Source: the human T2T-CHM13v2.0 reference genome, Homo sapiens | DNA length: 64,000 nt | Assembly (NCBI GenBank): GCA_009914755.4 | Contig: CP068257.2 | Location: forward strand, 32,256,001 to 32,320,000 | Direction of reading: 5' to 3' | Shown here: in pieces, positions 1 to 14,002 of the stretch | Position numbering within the stretch: position 1 is the stretch's first letter | Layout: each line of letters begins with the position of its first letter | Position numbers and translations under genes: made by a program | Notes under the pieces: model-generated | What the model was told of the DNA's origin: nothing | The model's input: the letters and a program-made list of their open reading frames with translations, nothing else | Databases searched by the model: none

Positions 1-429
1 GGTGGTCTGTGGTGGGGCAGGGATTTAAATTCAGGAGGTCCAGCTCCGGAGCTGGCATTCTTAGCCACCACCCCAAATGGTCTGCTTAGAAAAGCGCACA
101 CTTGCTCTGATGCACCCGTCTGCATGTGGTTCCAGAGGCGCGTGGACCCAGGAAGGAGCCACCCTTGCTGCAGCCACCGCTCCTCTTATGCCCCAGGCTG
201 CATGCTAAGCATAGACTGCGCTGTCCCTGCCCTGCCCTCCAAGGGCACCTGTTGGCTCTTAGACCCTCATCAGTGGGTTGATGGAACACTGCACATCAAA
301 TGCCAGAATTGCATTGTATGTTCCCCAAGTGAGTGAACAGGTGGGAAAATAGCACGGAACTGGGCCTGGGATGCCTGGGCTCTGCTCCTGGTCTCAGGGA
401 CTAGTTTATTCTTCTGTGAAACAGGGTGA

Positions 430-741
<312 letters not shown>

Positions 742-1148
742 AAGGGTAAATATTTTCAAAGAGAAACTCTAAGGGCCCCATGGTTATATGTACACACTGT
801 GATCCTGTGAGTCTGCATGTGTGGCTTGGGGTCCACCCTGCGATGTTAACATTTTGCCGGACAGATCACACAGCTTGCCCTGGACATTCAGGGTGTGGGG
901 CTGGACTGAGACCTCAAGGATGGGACCATTCACTGCTTCCCGCAATGCCACCCACTGGAGCCATCAAGGAGTGGCCGTCATCTGCTACGTGATTGCCATG
1001 TGGGTGCTCAGAGCTGCGATTGCTCAAGTGGGCGCCGTCCATGAAAGGATGGTGCCCTGCCCCGCTGGGCCTGGTCCTGCAGGACCCTGGATCACAGGCC
1101 CACCCACATTGCCTAAAAGGAGGTGGTTGTTTTTATTCTCCTGTGTAG

Positions 1149-1316
1149 ATCCTGGAAAACACCCCTGAAAACCACCCGGACCACAGCCACTTGAAGCACG
1201 CCCTGGAGAAGGCGGAAGAGCTCTGTTCCCAGGTGAACGAAGGGGTGCGGGAGAAGGAGAACTCTGACCGGCTGGAGTGGATCCAGGCCCACGTGCAGTG
1301 TGAAGGCCTGTCTGAG
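1149..1316 (+). CDS. ITSN1: Intersectin-1 (long isoform) coding exon; C-terminal DH-domain region ([56 protein letters not shown])
   Basis: Acceptor ctgtgtag|ATCCTGG and donor TCTGAG|gtagcc. The translation matches the ITSN1 DH-PH region as I recall it. Phase 0 at both ends, continuous with the next exon. Confidence 0.9.
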
Positions 1317-1479
1317 GTAGCCAACCTTGGGGCTGGGCCCTGGTCTCCCCCGGCAGAGCCTCGGCTGCCAGCCTGGAGGAGGACAAAGAAAAGCATGAAC
1401 CATTCTCCTCCCCAGCCGATAGCATCCTCATTTCCATCCAGCTGCTTCTCATCTGCTGTTTCATCCACCCACTGAGTAT

Positions 1480-1774
<295 letters not shown>

Positions 1775-1845
1775 ATCCACTGAGTTTCTAATTTAAATTA
1801 TATCATTTCCCATTGCCAGAAGTTCTATTTATTTTCTCCTGTCTG

Positions 1846-2087
1846 CTGATTTCTTTCTTTCTCTCTCTTTCTCCCTTTTTCTTTCCTCTTTCTTTCTTTC
1901 CTTCTTTCTTTCTCTCTCTCTCCCTCTTTCTTTCTTTCCTTCCTTCCTTCTCTCTTTCTCCTTCCTTCCTCTCTTTTTTCTCTCTTTCTTTCCTTCTCTC
2001 TCTCTTTCTTTCTCCTTCCTTCCTTCCTTCCTTCTTTCCTTCCTTCCTTTCTCCTTCTCTTCTCTTCTTTTTTCTTTTCTTTCTTTC
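1846..2087 (+). repeat. About 240-bp polypyrimidine (CTTT/CTCT/CCTT)n microsatellite block
   Basis: Uninterrupted C/T-only sequence. The ORF-track K/E/R-rich and F/L/S-rich ORFs here are artefacts of it. Confidence 0.95.
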
Positions 2088-2236
2088 AACAGGATCTTGC
2101 TCTGTCACCCAGGCTGCTGGAATGCAGTGGCACAATCCCAGCTCAATGCAGCCTGGACCACCTGAGCTCAAGTGATCTTCCCACTTCAGCATCCCAAGTA
2201 GCTGGGACCACAGGTGCATGCCACCATGCCCAGCTA
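2088..2236 (-). mobile_element. Alu fragment (antisense, right arm only)
   Basis: GGATCTTGCTCTGTCACCCAGGCTGCTGGAATGCAGTGGCAC...CATGCCACCATGCCCAGCTA. Confidence 0.75.
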
Positions 2237-2324
2237 TGCTGGTTTCTTTCTTGTATCTTGTTTTTTGCTCAAATGTTAATCCTTCTTATTTATTTCTTAA
2301 CACATTTTAAACATAGATATTCCT

Positions 2325-2590
2325 GGCCAGGTGCCGTGACTCACGCCTGTAATCCCAGTGCTTTGGGAAGTGGAGGCAGGAGGCTAGTTTGTGTTCAAGA
2401 TCAGCCTGGAAACAGAGTGAGACCCTGTCTATACAAAAAAATAAAAAGTAAATTAGCTGGGTGCGGTGGTTCACACTTGAGGTGGGAGGATTGCTTGAGC
2501 CCAGGAGTTCAAGGGTAAGGTGAGCTATGATCACGCTACTATACTCCAGCCTGGGCAACAGAGCAGAATGTGTCTCAAAACAACAAACAG
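2325..2590 (+). mobile_element. Alu SINE (sense)
   Basis: GGCCAGGTGCCGTGACTCACGCCTGTAATCCCAG...GTCTCAAAACAACAAAC. Confidence 0.85.
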
Positions 2591-2634
2591 ATATAGATAT
2601 AGATGTAGATATAGATATAGATATAGATATAGAA
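2591..2634 (+). repeat. (ATAGAT)n hexanucleotide repeat, about 7 units
   Basis: atatagatatagatgtagatatagatatagatatagatatag. Confidence 0.9.
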
Positions 2635-2736
2635 CCCATAACCTGAAGTTATGGGTGTTATTGTTTTGTCTGTTGTTTCTGCCAGCTCTTGCTAAACTTA
2701 CTACCTTGTTTCTTGTATTACGATTTTTGACTGTGA

Positions 2737-3099
<363 letters not shown>

Positions 3100-3549
3100 T
3101 GAAGTTGTATTCCTTCTGGAAGGACTGTTATTGTGATTATCCAAAACTATGTTTAGAGGGGTTTGGGCATCACAGCCCTTGTGTGAATCGTGGTTGTAAA
3201 CTTGCGTGAGAGCTACCTGATAAAGCACACATTCTCAGGGCACGTTTTCCTTCACTACACCAAGGTCAAAAACAGAAATGTTTTATTGCTCATCCCCTCT
3301 GAGCTTGAGTTTACCTGTCACTCCTCCTCTGGGTTCATCTTTTTGTGAAGATCTCCTAGTAGACCCCTCACGTTGGCTCTGGATGCACCTGTTTCTGCAC
3401 CCTATGTAGTGAGTAAAATGCAAGGTCAGCGTCAGCAGATTCAAGAGAGACCCTCAAAGCTATAGTGGCACTGGCTTTCGGTGATCTTCCAAGGTTCCTA
3501 TTTTCGTTCTGTTTTCAGCCTCTGCAAATTTCTTACTTTGTTTCTATTT

Positions 3550-3573
3550 TGTGTGTGTGTGTGTGTGTGTGTG
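3550..3573 (+). repeat. (GT)n dinucleotide repeat
   Basis: gtgtgtgtgtgtgtgtgtgtgtg. Confidence 0.9.
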
Positions 3574-3684
3574 CCAGTTTTCTTGGAGTTAAAAAGTGGA
3601 TTTTTGCATTTTTCTGTTTTTTTAAAGTTTTTGTTGGGTGAGTCATTCTGAGTATCTAGTCCACTCTACTTCCAGCAACAGAAG

Positions 3685-3746
3685 TCTCTCTCTGTCTCTC
3701 TTTCTCTTTCTCTCTCTCTTTGTGTGTGTGTGTGTGTGTGTGTGTG
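3685..3746 (+). repeat. (CT)n-like tract followed by (TG)13
   Basis: ctctctctgtctctctttctctttctctctctctt tgtgtgtgtgtgtgtgtgtgtgtgtg. Confidence 0.9.
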
Positions 3747-4072
<326 letters not shown>

Positions 4073-4766
4073 TAACCTTTCCTTTGGTCTCATTCATTCT
4101 TTTTGCCCATTTTTTCTCTCTCTTTCTGTATACACATGTGCTTGTGCCTGTACACACATACATACATGCATGTATGCACACACATACACCATTCACTAGG
4201 GTTTCCCAAAATGACCAGCGAGAATGTGTCTCCCTCATCCACTCCTCCTGTGGTTTCTTCCCTCTCATAAGCTGCAAAGGCCATCACCACCTGAGGGAGT
4301 CACCATGACTGGTTCCTCCACGGCCCCATCTCCTGTCCACCTTCAGTGTTGGTGTGGGATGAGCAAAGGTGTGGAAGCAGCCCCGTGGAAGCCGAGAGGA
4401 CAGCTGTGGGCTCCCATTTTGGGATTTTGTGTTGCTCTGCTGTCAGTGGGTGGCTCATTTATTCGCTCATCATCATTCATTCAATAAGCACTTAGTGAGT
4501 AACCACCCATGTGCCACGGCTCAGTACTAAACCCTGGGACATAAAAACAAATAAGATGTGACTCCCACTCTCGAGGAGCTTATGGTCCAGGAGGAAGCTG
4601 GGGGTTAAACCAACATTTACAACAAGATGTGAGGGGTAAGGAGGCAGAGCTAGGTGCCAAGTGCTGTGGCGACATGTGACAGGAGCAAGGGACAGTTGTA
4701 CGGGGGACTCTCGGGCCCTGGAGGTGATGCTTGACTGCGTGTTGCAGGATGAAGCATTGGAGGCAG

Positions 4767-5079
<313 letters not shown>

Positions 5080-5365
5080 TTAGGAGTGGAGGACCATTCT
5101 GAGATTCTGAGCAGGGCATTGGTGAGGATTGCAGAGGAATGATGGGCCACAGGGCTGCAGGGCAGGCTGAGGCCCAGCCGAGGAAGGCCTGTGTATAATG
5201 CAAAGGAACATTAACTTGATCCTGAAGACAAGGGACTCAAGCAGCCCCTGCACTGCCACGCAGAAATGCCGACACACAGTCATGTGCACTTTAGAAAGGG
5301 CCCTTCCCCGACTCTGACAGCTGCCATCAGAGGGACACAGTGAGGCCGGGATCTGAAGATGTTAA

Positions 5366-5839
<474 letters not shown>

Positions 5840-6827
5840 TAGGATCACGGTGTGGACCATGCGTGGCCCAGGTCTGGACACACACCAGTGATTAAGTTTC
5901 AAACAGATGCTGTTTTTGGCATTCCTGTCTGAAGATAGAGAAGTTTAAATACTGTTCCCAGTTCATGCATATTCAGTGTTATCTTGGCCAATTAGAGGCT
6001 TTGAGTATGAATGAACGAGAGCACCTTTATGTCATTGGATCCAATGACACTTGCCTTCTCTGGATTATTTGCGCCCACGTGGCTTGAACCCTGTCTTGGC
6101 AAGCAGGAAGGGCTGGTTGGTCTCCAGGCTCCTGCCTGGAGTGCAGAGGTGAAGAATGTTCTTTGAAGGTTCCTGTTGTGGCACCACCTTCGGTCTTTCT
6201 TGGGCTCTCAGACCCTCCACAGGAGGTCAGAGGTCATCTTTCCTCCTCGTGGCTGACAGCAGAGTGCAGTGGCCCCTTTCCAGCTGCCTTTAGCTCTCCA
6301 CTCACAGAAGTGCCACTGTTTCTCCTGTATTGGAGATGGACAGGTGGCCATCAGCTTCTTTTGGGGGACACATGTTACGAACCTATCACTCCTTCACAAA
6401 TACTCTCTTCAGAGAGGGGTCCATAGGGCTCGTAGCTCAGGACAGAGCTCCGGAGCGCCCCCCAGGCCAATTGTGTGGGCAGATGGGGAGCGTGAGGGGC
6501 TGGCCTCGGACTGGGTCATCTTACTCCTGGCGCGCAGCCATGGCCTTGCTATCCTTGGCCTCTCCCCTTGCTGTCAAAAAGGGGGCCTCTGTGGGATCAT
6601 CTCCACCTCAGTGCCCTCTGCCCCTTCAGAACCTAGTGGAGGTGATGGACCCCCGAGAGGTGTTAGAGCCGCGTTTCAGCGCCCACCGTGTCTCTAAGGG
6701 TCAGTGGAGGGAGGGAGCTGTTCCCTTCCTGTTTGCTGAGCGGGTGAGTCGGGTGAGGTTTCATGTGCGCAGTACAGTGTCTGTTCTGTTTGGCACTGGA
6801 GGGTCGCTCAACACCACTGATTTACAG

Positions 6828-7295
<468 letters not shown>

Positions 7296-7398
7296 TCATG
7301 CACAGACCCTGCACAGAGCAGGGAGTCCCCAAGGTGGGAGCCAGGTGGGCACTTTTCTTTCTGCTGCCCCATTTCCCCAGTAAATAAAAAAGAGAAAT

Positions 7399-7675
7399 GG
7401 CCAAGCCCAGTGGCTCACACCTGTAATCCCAGTATTTTGGGAGCTTGAGGTGGAACGATCGCTTGAAGTCAGAAGTTCAAGACCAGCCTGGGCAAAGTAG
7501 GGAGACCCCATCTCTACAAAAGTTTTTTTCACATGTGTTGGGGGGCTGAGATGGGAGAATTGCTTGAACCTGGGAGGTCAAGGCTACCTGAACTATGATC
7601 ACACCACTGCACTCCAGCCTGGGCAACATAGTGAGACCCTGTCTCAAAAAAAAAAAAAAAAAAAGAAAAGAAAAA
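7399..7675 (+). mobile_element. Alu SINE (sense, internally rearranged)
   Basis: GGCCAAGCCCAGTGGCTCACACCTGTAATCCCAGTATTTTGGGAGC...GACCCTGTCTCAAAAAAAAAAAAAAAAA. Confidence 0.8.
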
Positions 7676-7943
7676 ACACACCAATTGCACCATAAGACAC
7701 TGGCATGCTCCTAGAGGAAAAGCCTTAGAAATTACCATTGAGACTCTTCTTGATACTTGGAATCCCCTGAACTGTGCCTTTGTCTGACTTTGATCTCTTG
7801 GCTCCAAAGTCTTCAAAGCTATCCTTGACTTTTGCCTGAGATCCGAGTCTGCTGGGGCCTGGCCTCTGATTCTGATGGAGCCCATGCTTTCAGATGCGGA
7901 GAAACAAAAATGCTACACTTTGGGTTTTGTTTTCCTTTCTCAG

Positions 7944-8156
7944 CAACTTGTGTTCAATTCAGTGACCAATTGCTTGGGGCCGCGCAAATTTCTGCACAGT
8001 GGGAAGCTCTACAAGGCCAAGAGCAACAAGGAGCTGTATGGCTTCCTTTTCAACGACTTCCTCCTGCTGACTCAGATCACGAAGCCTTTGGGGTCTTCTG
8101 GCACCGACAAAGTCTTCAGCCCCAAATCAAACCTGCAGTATAAAATGTATAAAACA
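7944..8156 (+). CDS. ITSN1: Intersectin-1 coding exon, PH domain ([71 protein letters not shown])
   Basis: Acceptor ttcctttctcag|CAACTTG and donor AAAACA|gtaagt. 213 nt, phase 0/0. Confidence 0.9.
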
Positions 8157-9018
8157 GTAAGTTGGATTCTAGATTTTGCATTATCAGGGTTGACGTGTTT
8201 GGGGAGGAAGAAGTTTCCAAAAAGGAGGTAGAGTTTTAGCAGGGTCAGGGGCTGTGGCATGCAGGAGAAGGCCAGGAGTTGAAATGCGATTTAGGGTGTC
8301 CGGAGTGGAGGACGATCCATATCCCGCCGCAGTGTCAGTGACACTCAGTGCTATCGGTGGAACATATTGGCTGCCAAATGGCTGCTGTGGTCCCCTGGGA
8401 TGTGACAGAGGCATGCTTTAGCCTGTAGGAGCGAAGTCTAGGGTACAGATGAGGCAGGTGTGAAAAAGCTCGGGAGAAGAGGTGCAAAACAGCACCCAGG
8501 GCCCACCGTCGCCTCCAAACAGTCCTAAGTCCCCTGCCAGACTTCTCCAGGTAGCTTGAAACATCCGAGCCCCCTCCTTTCTAGCAAAGTCTCTCTAAAC
8601 AGTTGATACGTGGAGAATTTCCCTCAGCTGTTTATATGGTCTGCTCATACGTGCATGGCTGTGTTTGTGTGTCTTTGTGTCACGGGACGTTGTTTTTCTA
8701 AATTTGTCTGCATGGGGGTGTTTTTACAGAAGAATTTTCTCTGAGGCAGCAGTTAGCTTTATTATGGGAAAAAAAAGAGCTATGTAGTTATATAGTTACT
8801 AGAAACTTCATGTGAAAATCTTTGGAGGGAATTGCTTGATGTAAAGTGGATGAAAACTGCTGTTTAGAATACACCAGGAAAAGCGACACCAGCCAGATCT
8901 TATTCTGAAAGACTTAAAACATACCCGCAAAATCGCGGGCGGGGGAACCCATATTTATCATATTTATAATTTGTAATATGTAAAAGTTGATGCTAACCCA
9001 AAATTATTATTCTGGGAT

Positions 9019-9222
9019 TCTTTACTGGAAAACACACACGCCCTTAGTCTGGTTTACTGGAACACACCCAGAAACACACACACATGCTCAGTCTAGGTTA
9101 CTGAAACACACGCACGAGTGTGCACACACGCGCTGACTTGCAGTCTCGTTTACTAGAACACATTGGCATAAGTGTGCTCACACACTCACGGTTTACCGGA
9201 GCACACAGACCCCCAGCCTCGC
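9019..9222 (+). repeat. Degenerate minisatellite, about 5 copies of a roughly 40-50 bp unit (GTTTACTGGAACACAC...)
   Basis: Recurrent gtttactgga / gttactgaaacacac / gtttactagaacac / gtttaccggagcacac blocks separated by CA-rich spacers. Confidence 0.7.
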
Positions 9223-9250
9223 TTTGTAATGCCTGTGTGTTACTTTCCAG

Positions 9251-9372
9251 CCTATTTTCCTAAATGAGGTTCTAGTAAAATTACCCACCGACCCTTCTGG
9301 AGACGAGCCCATCTTCCACATCTCCCACATTGACCGCGTCTATACTCTCCGAGCAGAAAGCATAAATGAAAG
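9251..9372 (+). CDS. ITSN1: Intersectin-1 coding exon, PH domain C-terminal part ([40 protein letters not shown] + split R codon)
   Basis: Acceptor tactttccag|CCTATTTTCC and donor GAAAG|gtgagacc. 122 nt, ending in phase 2 (AG|G). Confidence 0.9.
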
Positions 9373-9568
9373 GTGAGACCTGCCGCCTCCCCAGCATGGG
9401 CCCCAGGGCTCCACGGCTCTAGGACACACAAGGGGCGGGTGATTAATCAGGTGCCAATGTTTCCCAAGTGGCAATGCCATCACCCCTAGCTGGGAGTGGG
9501 GATGGGGCTATTACTTTTTTCTACAGCCTCTCAAAAATCTGTCACATGGCATGCCCTTTCCAAAATAA

Positions 9569-9908
<340 letters not shown>

Positions 9909-9909
9909 C

Positions 9910-9936
9910 ATTGTTGTTGTTGTTGTTGTTGTTTTA
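9910..9936 (+). repeat. (GTT)9 trinucleotide repeat
   Basis: ttgttgttgttgttgttgttgtt. Confidence 0.9.
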
Positions 9937-10741
9937 TTAAGAAATGTTTCGCATTCTTTGAGGTAAACAGAGCATCTCAGGTTTCCCCTGGCTTCCCAGG
10001 TGGCAGAAACCAATAGGAAAGTAATTTCGGGGTTAATAGGACCACGCAAACCCAAACCTCTCCTCACCTTGGCTGACTTAAATGGGCATTCTGGAACCTA
10101 GGGCTGTGGGTATTTTGCTTCAATCTGTCTTCAAGACACTGCCCTGGAGCCAAATGAAATAGATCATTTTCTGAAGGGTGAACTTGACACAAGGCCAGCA
10201 TCATTCCAAAGAGCATTTGCACCAAGCAAGAAAATTGGCTAAAGCTTTTGTGCATATGGTTCTCAGAAAAAATGAAGGAGAAAACCGCGGCCACAAATGC
10301 CTTCCCCCAAGGCGTTTTGGTCTTTCGTGTGAAGTGGTTCCCAATCTGGGAAGTGGTTTTTGTTCTTTCTTTGCGTGATTTCATAAGCGAGATCCTTCTG
10401 GCTTTGTTGGATTAGGCAAATATGTGCTGCTCTTCGGTAAGGAAGGAAGAGGAGTCGTGTCCCGATGTTGCCTCCAAGACAGCATCTATCACAGATTTTC
10501 TTCCCCGGGGACATCATCGCAGGTCTTGAGGACATCCATGGAAATGGCCCTCATGCCTTTCTTATCGATGGCAGGAATAAGTATTAGCGTCACGTGACAT
10601 AAAATCAGATTTTCTTTCCCGAGCCTTTGTTGTTAAAATCAAATGAACAAAGAAACAGAGTCCTGGCAACAGTGTTTGAACAGACCTGAAGCCTTTTTCC
10701 TGAGTTTCTGTTTGGCAACTTTCTGTCTTTTTCTGTCCAAG

Positions 10742-10824
10742 GACTGCCTGGGTGCAGAAAATCAAAGCTGCTTCTGAACTCTACATAGAGACTGAGAAAA
10801 AGAAGCGCGAGAAAGCGTACCTGG
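10742..10824 (+). CDS. ITSN1: Intersectin-1 coding exon (R)[27 protein letters not shown](V) linker between PH and C2
   Basis: Acceptor ttctgtccaag|GACTGCCTGG and donor TACCTGG|gtaatg. 83 nt. The phase fits the previous exon (AG+G = Arg). Confidence 0.88.
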
Positions 10825-11139
10825 GTAATGCATGGCCCCGCGGGGTGTCCTGCACAGCTGGGCAGGAGGGAGGGCCATTTGGCTGGGCTGAAAATCCTCA
10901 GAATAGAAGAATCCCCTGGACCTAGAGGAGGGGCATGGAATGAGATGGAAGTGAGCTTGGGGTGGGATGCAGATGGGGATGGAGGGCAAATTCCAGGAGC
11001 AAGGAAGCAAGTGTTTAAGGAGAGGGAAGAATTACTTTTGAGTCGGGAGAGGTACATGAAATGCATTGTGAGGCTCACAGAGATGGGAAAGGTGTGGCAC
11101 GTTCAAATGAAGCATTTTGTGTTTTTCCTGCCGTCATAG

Positions 11140-11223
11140 TCCGTTCCCAAAGGGCAACAGGCATTGGAAGGTTGATGGTGAACGTGGTTGAAGGCATCGA
11201 GTTGAAACCCTGTCGGTCACATG
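11140..11223 (+). CDS. ITSN1: Intersectin-1 coding exon, start of C2 domain ([28 protein letters not shown])
   Basis: Acceptor ccgtcatag|TCCGTTCCC and donor CACATG|gtaagg. 84 nt, phase consistent. Confidence 0.88.
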
Positions 11224-11626
11224 GTAAGGCTGTGAGGCGCCCCCGGCTCCTGCTTTGGGGTTGGGAGTAGGGTCCGGGTTCCCCACACCCCCACCTGGCT
11301 CTAGATCAAATGTGCTATTTCCATACTCCCTGATCTCCTTCCAGAATTGGTTTAACTAGCACTTGTTAAAAACCTGGAGGTTTTGTGTTTTTTTTTCCAT
11401 CCTTTCTACCATTCTGCTTCTCCGAGGGATCTGAGTGGCTGCATTCACAGTGGATGTGACACAAGATCAGGCCAAAGTAACGAGACAGGAAGGGCCTAGT
11501 TTCAAAGCCCACTCAATTAAGTATTTGTTTTTAGTTTAAGGATGAAGCTGACTTCTGGGAGTTTCCACCCGGATTCTCCACCGAATGACACTTATTAAGC
11601 ATAGCAGTTATTAAGAGTGGGGAGCG

Positions 11627-11938
<312 letters not shown>

Positions 11939-11987
11939 TCAAAATGAGGTGTGAGTTCCACCTGGCGAAGGCTTTTGTTCCCTCCAG

Positions 11988-12161
11988 GAAAGAGCAACCC
12001 GTACTGTGAGGTGACCATGGGTTCCCAGTGCCACATCACCAAGACGATCCAGGACACTCTGAACCCCAAGTGGAATTCCAACTGCCAGTTCTTCATCCGA
12101 GACCTGGAGCAGGAAGTCCTCTGCATCACTGTGTTCGAGAGGGACCAGTTCTCACCAGATG
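11988..12161 (+). CDS. ITSN1: Intersectin-1 coding exon, C2 domain ([58 protein letters not shown])
   Basis: Acceptor ccctccag|GAAAGAGCAACCC and donor CCAGATG|gtgagt. 174 nt. Confidence 0.9.
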
Positions 12162-12735
12162 GTGAGTGGAACGCGGCCCTGTGGTTATTCCTCCTTCCCT
12201 GGCACTCGTTTGCGTGGGTTAATGTTTTCTTACCTGGGGACTTGGTGCCAGGATTCCTTCGGTTTCCCTCCTGAGAGATGAGGCTGGCTGGCACAAGACG
12301 AGGCTCTGTCTCCCCTGGAGGAGTCTTCTGGAGGCGTCTCATTGCATGTGGACAGAGCATGCTTGGTCTAGAATTGTGCCAGCTGCCCTGGGCAAACACG
12401 TCCATCTTCTGCTTTCCAAAGCAGGTGACTGTGGAGAGGGGTGTGTTTAAGAGCCTCAGCATAGTTCTTCAGTCCTTGGCAAAAAGCTGTGCTGGCAATG
12501 GATGAAACTGGCCAATGGAACAAGGATGTTAGCCCACAACAGGAGCCGCAGAATGGGCCAGGTCCCTTTGGGTGGCATTTTTGTACCACTTATTAAGTAG
12601 GCAAAGGGATGCAGTCATGTTGAATGAATCATTTCTTCAGCCAGCCTTCTGTTTCTGCTTGGGCCTGGAAAAGAATAGTCTCAGCCCAATGATTCCAAGA
12701 AACTACCTGTCTCTCCCTCAACCCAATAAAAATCA

Positions 12736-13054
<319 letters not shown>

Positions 13055-13224
13055 TTATGGTCTCAACTTAATTATAACCGAAGAAGTGAGGGTCAAATGC
13101 TAGCATTATCTGTACAAGGTTTAAATGGCTCCATATGGCCTTCATCTTTTAGTACTTTTTATATGAATTATCTCATTGTGAGTTAGGTACTCGTTGTGGT
13201 AGCTGGTTAAATGTTTGAGTGTGA

Positions 13225-13610
<386 letters not shown>

Positions 13611-13853
13611 ACCTTCTAATTCTGAGAGATAAAGGTTGGGGTTGGGTTTTTTTTTTATTTAAGTAATGAAATACCATGACACATTGGCAACTCCGCTGGG
13701 GAGCGAGTTGGAAATCCTAGTGTTGGTTTACATCAGAGCCCAGAGAAGAAGGGAGAGCATAACAGTTCATCAGGGGGTCCCCAATATGCCAGACATGTGC
13801 CTCGAAGAGAGGGAATGGTCCCTCTTAGGAGGGTCTGTTTGTTCTCTTTTCAG

Positions 13854-14002
13854 ATTTTTTGGGTCGGACGGAGATCCGCGTGGCGGACATCAAGAAAGAC
13901 CAGGGCTCCAAAGGTCCAGTTACGAAGTGTCTTCTGCTGCACGAAGTCCCCACGGGAGAGATTGTGGTCCGCTTGGACCTGCAGTTGTTTGATGAGCCGT
14001 AG
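13854..14002 (+). CDS. ITSN1: Intersectin-1 terminal coding segment, C2 domain end ([49 protein letters not shown]) with stop TAG 14000-14002
   Basis: Acceptor ttctcttttcag|ATTTTTTGGG. The ORF ends ...TTTGATGAGCCGTAG, matching the known ITSN1-L C-terminus ...LQLFDEP. Confidence 0.9.

Noticed and set aside
1803-2219. 138-aa (minus) and 120-aa (plus) ORFs rich in K/E/R or F/L/S
   Set aside because: They are translations of the 240-bp polypyrimidine microsatellite, so they are low-complexity artefacts.
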